A stretch of 64,000 nt of DNA, from the NCBI GenBank assembly GCA_951406725.2, contig OX597822.1:114948001-115012000 (forward strand), read 5' to 3'. The notes under the pieces are model-generated. The model saw only the letters and a program-made list of their open reading frames with translations, was not told the DNA's origin and made no database searches. The position numbers and the translations under genes are program-made. This document shows, one piece after another, positions 52,341 through 64,000 of this stretch (positions are counted from its first letter, which is position 1; every line of letters begins with the position of its first letter). The DNA comes from Octopus vulgaris (lineage: Eukaryota).

Positions 52341-52415
52341 CCAATAATAATAATAACAATGATAATAATAATAATAATGATAATAATAATAATAATGATA
52401 ATAATAATAATAATG

Positions 52416-52467
<52 letters not shown>

Positions 52468-52490
52468 TAATAATAATAATAATAATAATG

Positions 52491-52580
<90 letters not shown>
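52341..52580 (+). repeat. (AAT)n microsatellite with GAT interruptions
   Basis: Direct observation. Confidence 0.95.
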
Positions 52581-52581
<1 letters not shown>

Positions 52582-53704
52582 GCTGGAAAACTACTATAAA
52601 ATAACCACCATAGGACTGCAAAAATATCTACTTCAGAAGGAAGGAAAACTGATCCAGATAGCGGCAAAACACGAGCAAAACAAAAAACTGTTCTCAGTAT
52701 TTAAGGAAGCTGACAAATACAAACAAGAAATCATACCACCTAATAAACATGAAGAAGAAGAAGAAGATGAAGAAACAACAAAAGCTATAAAACAAATGAA
52801 ATCCAAACTAAAAATAGAACAGCAACGAACCATGATAAAACGATGGCAAGAAAAGCCCCTTCATGGTAAATACTGGACTAAATTAAACGCAAAAGAAATA
52901 GACAAAGAAAAATCCCATCAATGGTTGAGAAGCTCAGAACTCAAAGCAGAGACAGAGGGATTTTTAATTGCAGCACAAGACCAAAGCCTCCCCACCAGAA
53001 ATTACCAAAAACATGTAATGAAAAGAAATATTACAAGTAACTGCAGAATATGTGGAGATGGACAAGAAACAATAAATCATATTATCTCTAGCTGCCCAGT
53101 CCTGGCTAAGAAGGAATATATTCACAGACATGACAGAGTTGGAACCTACATACATTGGAAGCTATGCCAACATTATGGAATACCAACAGAAAAAAGATGG
53201 TATAGGCACACACCAGAAAAGGTCACAGAAAACGAGAAAGCAACCATACTCAGGGATATGCCGATACACACAGATAGAGAAATTAAGGCCAACAGACCAG
53301 ATATAGTTGTCAGAGACCATGAAGAAAAAAATGCTTTCTAATTGATGTATCAATACCAGTGGATGACAATGTGTCTCTAAAAGAAATGGAGAAACTCTCA
53401 AAATACAAAGACCTGGAAATAGAGGTAACTAGAATGTGGAATCTGAAAACAGAAACAATTCCTATCATAGTAGGTGCATTAGGCATGATAAAAAAATATT
53501 CAGACAAATACATAACAAAAGCACCAGGACTTACAAACACATATAACATACAGAAAAGTGCACTACTAGGCACTGCACACATCCTACGCAGAACACTTTC
53601 CATACAATAACCATCAGAGCATCACAACAAATCACAGCACATACTCAAGGCACACAGAGCTGCGCTCGGTAGTGAAGTGAAAGCACGCTATAAAAATAAA
53701 ACTA

Positions 53705-53707
<3 letters not shown>
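52581..53707 (+). mobile_element. R4/Dong-clade RLE LINE, 5'-truncated, inserted in (AAT)n
   Basis: WQEKPLHG, ETEGFLIAAQDQSL, CCHC CRICGDGQETINHIISSC, RHD, and NRPDIV../LIDVSIP.D...K..EK (PD-D/ExK). One frameshift at A7 53325-53331. (AAT)n on both sides. Confidence 0.93.
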
Positions 53708-53793
<86 letters not shown>

Positions 53794-55611
53794 CAACAAC
53801 AACAACAACAATAGAAACAATAATACAGTGTATGCGAGCGAGGTGATAATGTTGCGGGCGTCCAGATATGAAGCATCATTTCTGAATGGATAAACCGTAA
53901 TATAAAGTACAAATCACGATGTACAAATCCCAATGTCGTGTTAAAATGGTATTGCCAGGCATCACAGAGCTCAGATAGCAGAATTCAAGAAACTCGATGC
54001 AATATTCAGAAATCAGAAGCCGATTCACTTTGTCGGATTTCGCGAGCAAACATTGATGCACAAGGTATATAGTCCAAGGTGCTCAATGTAGAATGCAGGG
54101 TGTGACAAACGTACAAAATGGGAGAAAACAAATGCAGAAGCAAGATATAAGCACAGATATCATAGAACGCAAATCACAGCACTGCGTTCAGCATTGATAA
54201 CGAAAAATCTTAAAGCTAACTTCTTTTAAAGGTTTTAGCGTATAAGCATCGCGAATTCGGGATGTACAATCTCAAGATGCACAACGTGGATCTTAGCATT
54301 TATATTTGTAAAAGCAGAAACAAATACAGAGCCAGAAACCAGACAGACCATTAATTTTCGCAGTGTTGTATTTCCTGTTAATTGTTTACGTGGGCCCTGA
54401 TTACTGAATGACTGGATGCAGTAGCAAAGAAAAATACGAAAAGGAGGCGAATACAAAATAGTAAATAATAAAGAGCAAAAATAGAAATCTGTCAGTAAGT
54501 AATTGCATATAATGTGTATGAAGAACAGTATTCCTGTTCGATCATCTGGGATAACTCTAGTCGATGAAAGGCTGAACAGGTCGCATTGTTCCGAAACTGA
54601 CATACAAGATTTTATCTCTCAAGCATCGAAAGTCCGCAAGTACGCCATCTGAAGGTGCAAAAAATTGTTGCCTTAAGATCTCAAAATGCAAAGCGTACGA
54701 TAGATACAGCCGTCGGAGTAATCGAGGCGGCAAAGTAATCTACTATGAGTGGCTATGGCAGTAAAGAAATTCGTATGCTGTGCTGTTTGATGGGTTTGCA
54801 CAAGGGGAAGCACTGAACCAAAAAGGTAAAAGTGTGATGACTGTAAGAAGCTGGTGAGACACTGCAGGGTGTGAAAAGGAGAGAGAGAGAGAGTGCATGT
54901 ATACTTAGAGAAAATTAACTGACTTTGGCTGCTAGCCGATCTGCAGGCCTATACCAGGTTTGATGGTGAACTTCCTTCGGAACAGAGATATGCTTGAAAG
55001 TTAAACACCTTTGTTTGTAGGTAAGAGGTGAAGATTTTAAGGATGTTGATTATCAAAAGGAAGATTCTCAAAATACTTCGCTCAGGCAAACACTTTGTAA
55101 CCACAAAGATTCAGTTACTTACTCTCTCGATACCAAATGCCTTTTGAAAAAACAAATTGGTCTATAAAGTCAATGTATAAGATGAAGGCTGTATGAGTAG
55201 AACATTTGTCGGCCTGAGCTAAAACATCTTGAAGACCCGTTTTACACAGCATATACATACATTCCAACACAGGATGAAATGAAATTTCACACTTCTGTCA
55301 AAATAAATCAAGTATTTAAGAAAATAGAGAGAGAGAAAATTTCTCCATAAGGTGAAGTATTGCTGTAAAGTTAAAAGTAGGATACGGCTGCGTGTCATAA
55401 TACAAACTCAGTGTAAAAGAAAATTAAAAATAATTTACCTTCCCAACTAATATCCAGGCCATCTGAGATCGGTTAGATTGATACCACTAAACATCATGAT
55501 GAACTCACAAAAATAAAAGTAGAAGTCAAACTTAGAAGGCTAATGATCTGGGGAAAAAAGCATTGGTTGAGCGAGATGCATGCATGCATAGATACATGCA
55601 TGTATAGATAC

Positions 55612-55983
55612 GGATCTTTACCTTTTGACCGACAGATTTAAAAGATAAATTTTGGAACTAAACACTTTCAAACTTCGTATACTGGTAGAATGTGTCACAT
55701 AAAACATCTTTTACGCTTGGCGTTGTAGAGAAAATTCTGTATTTTGGAAGTTATTTTTTGTTAAAGTTGTCGTATTTCGGTAATTTCAACCAATCAGTGA
55801 CGTGTATTCAGCTGAATAAGATTACTGCTTTATCAAAAAATAACTTCCAAAATACGGAATTTTCTCAACAACACCAAAAGTGATAGATGTTTTATGTGAC
55901 ACATTCTACAAGTATACGAAGTTTGAAAGTGTTTAGTTACAAAAAATTATTTTTTTAATCTGTCGGTCAAAAGGTAAAGATCC
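55612..55983. mobile_element. Fold-back MITE with ~160-bp inverted arms
   Basis: ggatctttaccttttgaccgacagatt / aatctgtcggtcaaaaggtaaagatcc; the arms continue to ttggaagttattttttg / caaaaaataacttccaa. Confidence 0.85.
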
Positions 55984-56029
55984 ATCCATCCATCCATCCA
56001 TACATACATACATACATACATATGGTGTT

Positions 56030-56392
56030 TGTCCCAGTTCTTTGCATTCTGAATCTAAACTCCATGGAATTGACTTCGCCTTTCATTCCTGCGAGGCCAA
56101 TAAAATAAGTACCAGTCATGCACGAGGGTTGATGTAATCGACTAGCCCTCCTCCGCCGAAAAATTTCAGGCCTTGTACAACTGACAGTGAGAAGGGTTAT
56201 TATGCGGTAAGCTGGCAGAATCGTTAGAACGCCGGGCAAAATGCTTAGTGGCATTTCGTTCAAATTCTCCCGAGGTCGACTTTGTCTTCCATCCTTTCGG
56301 GGTCGATAAATCAAGTACCAATGAAGCACTGGGGTCGATGTAATCCACTAGTCCCCTTCCACAAATTTCAGCCCTTGTGCCTTTAGAAGAAG
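56030..56392 (+). mobile_element. Two tandem SINE family B copies
   Basis: gctggcagaatcgttag head, gttcaaattc B box, and catcctttcggggtcgataaa domain. Confidence 0.8.
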
Positions 56393-59300
56393 AGATCGTT
56401 GATGTTGCTGTTGTTGTTGTTGTTGTTCTTGTTACTCATTTACTCTTTTACTTGTTTCAGTAATTTGACTGTGGCCATGCTGGAGCACCGCATTAAGCCT
56501 TCCGAAATCTTTTGAAGTTAGTCCCTGTCTTCCATGCAGTCACATTCAAGCCACCTGCCTCATTGAGATGCCGATTCACGTGGTCCTTATAGAGTTTTGC
56601 GGGTGACTACTACTTTATCAAACGTACCTTATCTCCAGATAACCTATTTGCTTCATTCTCTCTCTTTTTCTCTCTTTCCTCCCATCTCCCCTCTCTCCCT
56701 CACATGTATACACACACACACACACATATATATATACGTATGTATGCATGCATATGTGTTTTTATATCTTCTCCGCTGGTCCCTCTTTCGCCATCCTTAT
56801 CTATCAATGCTTTTTGTCCCCTTTTCCTTTTCACTCCACTTCGCCACCCTCTTTCACATTCTCTCTTTCCCTTCCACTTTTCTTCTCAGCCACGCTTTCT
56901 TTCACTCATTTTCATTGTTTTCTTTCCTCTTATGATCAATATTCTTAACCGGGGGTTAACCACCACTTTCTCATATGCCACCAGCTCTTATATCTACAGA
57001 CATTTCTGTCTTACCATCTTCTCTCTCCCTCTCTCTTTCCTTCTCTTTCTCTATTTCTCCCTTTCTCTCTTTTTCTCTCTTTCTCCTCTCTTTTTGTCTC
57101 TCTCTTTCACTCTTTCTGTCTCTCTCTTTCTCTATCTCTCCTTCGCTCTCCTTGTCGTGATATTACTCTCTCTCTCTCCTTTTTCCGTCTCTTTCAATGT
57201 CTTCCTCTTCACGTTTCCCAGTTATCTATTCCTCTCACTAGTTATGGAAATTTAAGTAAGCATGGCGATGTGTGAATATGAGCTTTGCTCGAAGGATAAA
57301 ATAAAACACTGTGTCGATCGTCAGCTGTCGCTGTTGTCATTCTTATCACGATCATGCAAGGAAAAAAACCAAAAGAAAACCCAAAATAGCCGAGAAGTTG
57401 TATGAAGGAAAGTCAAAAAGACTAAAAGATAAAAAAAAATAAGGCATTCTTTAAAGATCAGTATATGAATGAAACGAAGTCAGAGCAGTTGGTTTTGGTT
57501 CGCTCCAAGACATAACAAAATGTCAAAAGAAAAGGAAAAAATATTTCGAAGCAAGGAAAAGGATAAGTACTTCTTCAAAACTAATAAAGCCTGAGATTCA
57601 AGAATAGACTCATATATTAAACTGTTATGTAGCTGAATTGAACTCGCCCGTTTCTCAACTTAGAAAACTTGAACTAGGAAGAAGGGAAACTGTAAACCAA
57701 TAAGCCATAGCATAGAATATTTTCACGAAGTATTGGCTTTATATATGTCTATCGACTGGATATTACATATGTAGGATAGCTGCGTTGAGCACTTGGTACA
57801 GTAGATCTTGCATATTCAGATCAGAACCTCATTTCTCTATCTATTCACATTTTCCTCTTTTGGCGGCGAACTGGCATTGGAGCGTCGAGCTATACGTTTT
57901 GCAGTGTCCACTCCTATTTCTTTCCTCCTGAGTTCAAATCACGCTGAAATCAACTTTTCATTTCATCCTCCGGGGCCGACAGATAAAGTGCCAGTCAAGG
58001 GCGACAAACTAGAGTAATGATTAAAGCATTAAGCGGGAGTTTTTTTTTAATATGCTTCGATTCTTTGTATTCTAATTTTAAATGTTGAGACCTTGTTGCA
58101 TAACAGATTCAAACCGTCGCCTGGTTTAACACCGCTTCTTGTCTTTTGGGGGCTTTTAGGGAAGCCCATTCTGTTGCAAAATTTGGGACACGTGTCCAGT
58201 TTAAGGATACTTTTCTCTCTTCCTTCCATAAGCTTCCGAGGCTCTTCTTTCTTGTACAAAGGCTAAAAAAGATATTGATCTGAAAATGCTCATACTGAAC
58301 AGGGGCCATATCAATCATACTAGCTTGGAAGAAATTGCAGAGTTTATAGGTACTATGCCTCATCTATAGCTGAAAAAAGCTTTTATAACATCTGGTATTT
58401 ATAAATAAAAGCATCACAGACACGAGTGGGAACGATCGTAAAACAACTGCTGTAAAAATCTGACTCTTAAAGACTTAAACAGCTCATCATTTTTGGATGG
58501 CTTGCGTATTTTATGCGCAAGTAGTAGAACTTTATGTTGCTGGTAGAAGAGATAATAGATGACTTCTTGACGAGATTGAATGTTTTTGGCAACGAAAACA
58601 AAAAGTAAACAAGTAAACCAATAGGTTTCAGTATCACAGGTGCTTCTGTAAAGAAAGAGTTAGTATCCAGTTCGATTTTTAACAGAATGCACTGTTATTG
58701 GAGGAAGGAATTAGATTCAAGTATGAGATTCTCAGGTAACAGAAGTAATAAACTGATATGATGTCTACTCAATGATGATCTAACATGTAACAATGAACAC
58801 ACTGTAATTTAGAAATAGAAGAGTACTTTGTACTGCTAACCAGCTTTCATTTGGAAGCGTGTTGTGTTTTCATGAAGTGTAATGGGAAAAGCGGCGTGGA
58901 CAATAAAATCCCATAACTTTGACACGACAATAAATTGAAAATGGAATGAAAGTTTTAGTGTGATCTTTGAATAAAACTCTGTTATGTGGAGGGTAATAAA
59001 TTGTTCGTTTGGTGGGGTTGGTTCAACTCAACGAAAACAACCTGAAGGTATTGGTTCAAATCGCTAAAAAAATATAGAGCAAAATTCTGAGTTTTTATAT
59101 GACAACAAATAACGGGAGACTTCAGAATGTGTACAAAGAATTACAAAAGAGATCTGTTAAATAACAACTTGAATTTGTGAATATATCATAAGTTGATCGT
59201 CAATGAATGAATAGAATTTTGTTTTAAACCAGAAGCGGTTGATATCTTGCTGTTGTAAAGGATGTGGAGTTATAGAATACAAAATCAGATTCTGTTAGGA

Positions 59301-60237
59301 GAAGTATAATGGTTCATGAAATTAATTTAGAAGCTGTGAAATGAATAGTCTAAGAATTAAAGATTAACCAGATATCTGAATGAAAAGATCAGCGGAAGCC
59401 ATGTTGAAAACTGCATCGTCGGTAACTATGTAAAAGTTTTGGGAACTAATAAGAACATGCACATGGAAAATGAGAAAAAAGGTTCTGGTAAAGTCTTGGA
59501 AAACTGCATCGCAATATATTAATGATTTTTTACAATAGCTTGGATGAAGGAAGTAAATATAATACAGTGAAAAGTCAGATGTAATATAGAAACAAAATAA
59601 GCATGCAAGACGCTCTTGTAAAATTTCTAAAATACACAACAGTACAAGTGGCAAGCGACTAAATCTAATTTTAGAAAAATTTAGAAACAAGTTATAGAAT
59701 ATGATCCATTGAAAATAGCGGGTGACAAGATGATTACATCAAAAACATGGCTTGTGACATCTCTGTAATAAGAAGATAATAATAAGTGGTGACATGTCTG
59801 ACAAAAGTGATATTATATAATTGTTTCACGCTTGAGTCAATAGTAAAATAAAACTGACACAATAACTCTTCACACTTTGAAATAGACAAACTAAGAAAAC
59901 AGATGCAAGCATGTTAAAGCCACAGTAGGCGATAATGGCCATTTACAAAATCAAATCACAGCATGGCTCGAAGCTACAGAAAACAAATAAGTAGCAAAGA
60001 CTTCCAACATTTTTTTTAAAGGAAAATGGGGTTCCTCGATTTTGAATATGAGGTGATCAGAAATGAATGAAATAGGACATTTTGGTAACTTGTCAAACTT
60101 TATACAAGTTAGTTGAATTTTTGAAAAGGAAATAGTTGAACGGAGCTCGTGTTTGGCAGAAATATATCAGTGCTACTAATTTCTTAATATAAGAAGAAAG
60201 ATCAAAACACGAGATTGCGCAAGCACTCGCACGCGTT

Positions 60238-60367
<130 letters not shown>

Positions 60368-60872
60368 CGGTTATATATAGCAGAGTTAGAAGAGAAAAAT
60401 ATTTAATTGCGTCATTCTTACAGGTGCTTCCGTAAAAATTATAGAATAGACCAATTAGATAAATTACATATCCACTTCATCAGAAAATATTTAAAAATGT
60501 ATTACTTCAGCTTGATTTACTTAACGTATCAAGAGACAGAGTAAAAAAAATTCAGTATTATACAGACACACAAACAAACACATACACACAAACACACAAG
60601 CAAGCAATCACCACACACACACACACACACACACACACTTACGCACAGACATAATGTACTTTAAGAATGTATTGCTTGTAGAACATAAATATCTTTTTAT
60701 CTTCCTCGTGTAAGGATATTTATATCTGCGTTTGGTTAAGTTGTTAGGTGTTGAGAGTTTTATATCAACCAAACTCTTCTGTTTAACATATAGATCAATT
60801 GTTATATATATGTGTGAGTATGTGTGTGTGCGCGTACATATATATATATATATATATACGCACGCATATATA

Positions 60873-60928
<56 letters not shown>

Positions 60929-61803
60929 AATATGCAATACATATGAATCCACACATATATACATATACAAACAAACGTAATTCATCTTTGCCTATTTATA
61001 TATAATCCAAACATATACAGATGTTTATTTTTTAGCAAGTATTTGTATGTTTATATGCTTATTATTCTCCTTAGGAATACAGGCACAGTAAAATAAATCC
61101 TTCCTTGCCACCAAATGATTAGAGGAAAATTAAATTCAGCAGAATAGCGTTTTCTTATTTACGATGAATTGTTAAGATTTTATATCGTTTGTTAACTGAA
61201 TACCTTCTATGGTTTTCATTGGCGCACTCTTAAAACAACTCTAAGTCTTGAAGATTGCAGAAACGTGCAAGTTATACTTCCGTTCCCTCGATTGTGTAGG
61301 TTTATGTCTGCTAGTGTTATCTCTCTTAAATGTTTCAACCTTAAGAAAACCTGCATATTACCTTTGTCTTACCTTTAATGTACTGAACCTGTATTTATAG
61401 TATTTCATTGAAGTTTTACAATTCTTCCCTATTTTGTGTATATTCTAAGCACGATATCGGATAGATTCATTCCTTTCATTTAATTATTAAGAGTGTTGCA
61501 GCATTTCTGAAAAGGGTCGGATGGAGGACCGATGTAATACTGTTCTCTTGGCTAATGGCATTGTATTTATAGATTCTGTGAATTATAAGGTAAATTATCT
61601 TTAATAAGACACTGAATTACATGAAGGGGTTTCTATCTTAAGGGGCTCTTGAGGGACCTTTATACTTTTATGCTTCCTTTTGCTTTTCAGATTCCTTTTT
61701 TTTTTCTCTCGATGTTTATGACAGCGTACTGTAACTATCGTAATTACTTTTCATATTAGTGTCCGTAGTACTAATATCAACGTATATATATATATATATA
61801 TAT

Positions 61804-61985
61804 AGTTAATCCAAACATGAAAACACGAAGAGAAACACAACAACGCGAAGACATGGAACGAGTTTAGTGTCATTGGACCCTCGGGAAAGGAAAGAAAGAA
61901 GGAGGGTTTAACGTTTCGAGCGGAGCTCTTCGTCGGAAACATAGGAAGAGGAAAGATCCAAGGAAGGAAAGACGGAGGAAAATAA
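61804..61985 (-). mobile_element. PLE-like 3' end between TA tracts with hammerhead
   Basis: Its 3' part is homologous to 46115-46218 (opposite strand). Confidence 0.65.
61906..61940 (-). ncRNA. Minimal hammerhead motif, CCGACGA (U4C) variant
   Basis: Minus strand: GTTT CCGACGA A GAGC-tcc-GCTC GAAA C GTT AAAC. Perfect stems I and II, palindromic AACGTT. Confidence 0.7.
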
Positions 61986-61992
61986 TATATAT

Positions 61993-62250
61993 ATCGGTCT
62001 TTTGCCGAACCACTTAGTTATGGGGACGTAAACACACCAGCATCGGTTGTCAAGCGATATCGGTAGGGACAAACACAGATACACAACCATACATATTTAT
62101 ATACGACGGGCTTCTTTCAGTTTCCGTCTACCAAATCTACTCAAAAGGCTTCGGTCAGCCTGAGGCTACAGTAGAAGACACTTGCCCAAGGCGCCATGCA
62201 GTGGGATTGAACCCGGAACCATCTAGTTGGGAAGCAAGCTTCTTATCACT
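61993..62250 (-). mobile_element. SINE family A fragment
   Basis: Match to 4415-4685 in reverse. Confidence 0.85.
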
Positions 62251-62647
62251 GTACAGAAAACAAACATAAAGACAGCTGAGGGAACAAGCAGGTGCATTAG
62301 TTCGACATTCGGGAAGAATGGAAAAGTCTTTCACGTTTATGGCCATTGCTCTTCGACAGAAAGGGATGAGAGGAAAAAATATATAGAGAAAAAACGGAGA
62401 GAGCAAAAAAATGTGTGGGGATTAACGGTTTAACATGATGAAATGACCGGAAGAAAGAAGCTGAGTAAGGGGGAGATAATTGTGATCCGGCTGGGGTGCA
62501 CAAGTGCATGTGTGTATGTAAGAATTGTGTGTGTGTGTGAACGGGGTGAGCGCATGAAAATGTATGCGCAGGTGAGCTAAGAATTATGTGAATCTGTGTT
62601 CGGGCATCAGAGAGAGTACATGTATGTGTGTGTATGTATGTGTGTGA

Positions 62648-62682
<35 letters not shown>

Positions 62683-62879
62683 CGTGTGTATGTGTATGTG
62701 TGTGTGCGTGTGTGCGTGTGTGTATGCGTAAGCTAACTAGCAAGTGAGTTGTGTAGAATGGTGTATGAGAGTATGAGAGGCTGTGTATAACACATACACA
62801 CACACACACACACTCACGTACAATTAAAAAGGTAGCTAAACACAAGTAGGCTTCATAGGTGTATTTACATACAATACAA

Positions 62880-63612
62880 AATAAAGAAAACAAAATATGC
62901 AAGAGAAATTATATAATAGTCTTTGCTTGAGAGTTGGCAATGAAATGCAATCGGCTGACCGGATGAATTCTTAGAACTTTTAAAACGAGAGATCAAGAAA
63001 CCATGATGATCCTCTGAAGGGCATCTGTCCAAGTCGATTTGACTATTGCTCCCAGCTATGGTCAACAACCAATGTCTAATTAATTGCAGAACTTGAGGCA
63101 ATCCAACGAAGTTACACAAAGAAGAAGATAGCTTCTATACAGCATATAAGCTACTGGGAAAGACTCAAGAGAATGAGATTCTATTAGCTAGAGCGAAGGC
63201 AGGAAAGATATGCCGTAAAATGCGTCTGGAAAATCCTAGAGGGACTTGTCCAAAACTTTGGCATTGAGAATTACACTAACACTAGAACAGGGCGTCACTA
63301 CATAGTGCCAAAGACTCCAATTTGCTATGAGAATAATGGGACAAGATATTGCAATATCCTTGGCTTTAAAGGTTCACAGCTCTTCAATATCCCGCCGAAG
63401 GACCTTTGAGACTTACATGGGGTGGATGTAGATGCCATCAAAACAAAACTAGATCTTTTACTGTCAAGAGTCGCAAATGAGCCAACTTCACAGCAGGAAG
63501 TGCAAATGAGGGCAGCAGCGTCAAACTCCCTCATGCACCAAATGTTATGTTCTAAAATGAATTAGTGAAGTAAAAAGTAGGTAGCAACACCAGATGGTGG
63601 TGTCCCAGCATG
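62880..63612 (+). mobile_element. CR1-group LINE 3' fragment (decayed ORF2 C-terminus)
   Basis: LRTFKTRD, FDYCSQLWS, ELEAIQRSYTK, SYWERLK, LERRQERY, WKILEGLV, GFKGSQLFNI, KTKLDLLLS, RAAASNSL. Confidence 0.88.
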
Positions 63613-63631
63613 ATATGCATACATACATACA

Positions 63632-63667
<36 letters not shown>

Positions 63668-64000
63668 TAGAAGTAGATAAAAGGTACAACAAGGCACCAA
63701 TATTTACTGGGAAATATCAATCGTAATAAATACGACGCTGTTGTATAGCTTCACTGCGTATATACAAGCAAAGACGTGTGTGTGCAACAATAATGAAAAA
63801 AAATTTGTCTTACTTCTAGGAAGAACATCTGATAAATGGACAACCTAGAATCGGATAATGCAGGACCGGTTTCTGACTCTTCAAATACGTTTGACAACGT
63901 AAATTTGATTAGTCTTCATCAGCTGCATTTACCTAGACAAAATTTCAAATGTTGCCACATCTATGCCAGTATACTCGTCTGAACCCCAAAACTTCAATTG

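Noticed and set aside
52337-52580. Poly-Asn N-terminus on the 334-aa ORF
   Set aside because: This is target microsatellite that happens to be in frame with the truncated Dong ORF.
53830-59700. Coding-like, less repetitive stretches (53830-55500, 58380-59700; also 17900-19500 and 38500-39260)
   Set aside because: They have frequent stops in all frames and no motif I could identify. They may be very old transposon relics but are unsupported.

Overview
AT-rich, microsatellite-saturated eukaryotic non-coding DNA. I infer it is from an octopus (coleoid cephalopod), based on its SINE families and repeat landscape. I found no recognisable host protein-coding gene, and most of the supplied ORFs are microsatellite artefacts. 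The window is a mosaic of mobile elements: (1) at least four tRNA-derived SINE families; (2) Tc1/mariner relics and MITEs, a hAT relic and a Helitron-like element; (3) 3' fragments of CR1-group, RTE-BovB and R4/Dong (RLE) LINEs; (4) an ORF1-only (HAL1-like) retroelement with a 15-bp TSD; (5) two Penelope-like elements (PLEs), one with RT plus GIY-YIG and a ~730-bp inverted duplication. The main signal not shown in the ORF track is RNA-level. I read by eye about 8 near-intact and about 10 decayed minimal type-I hammerhead ribozyme motifs. Most lie in PLE 3' ends or short PLE-like inserts in (TA)n tracts, many with fold-back ends. One lies in a ~477-nt retrozyme-like unit, and one lies in the body of a tRNA-headed SINE. 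All structures were read manually and none is experimentally tested.
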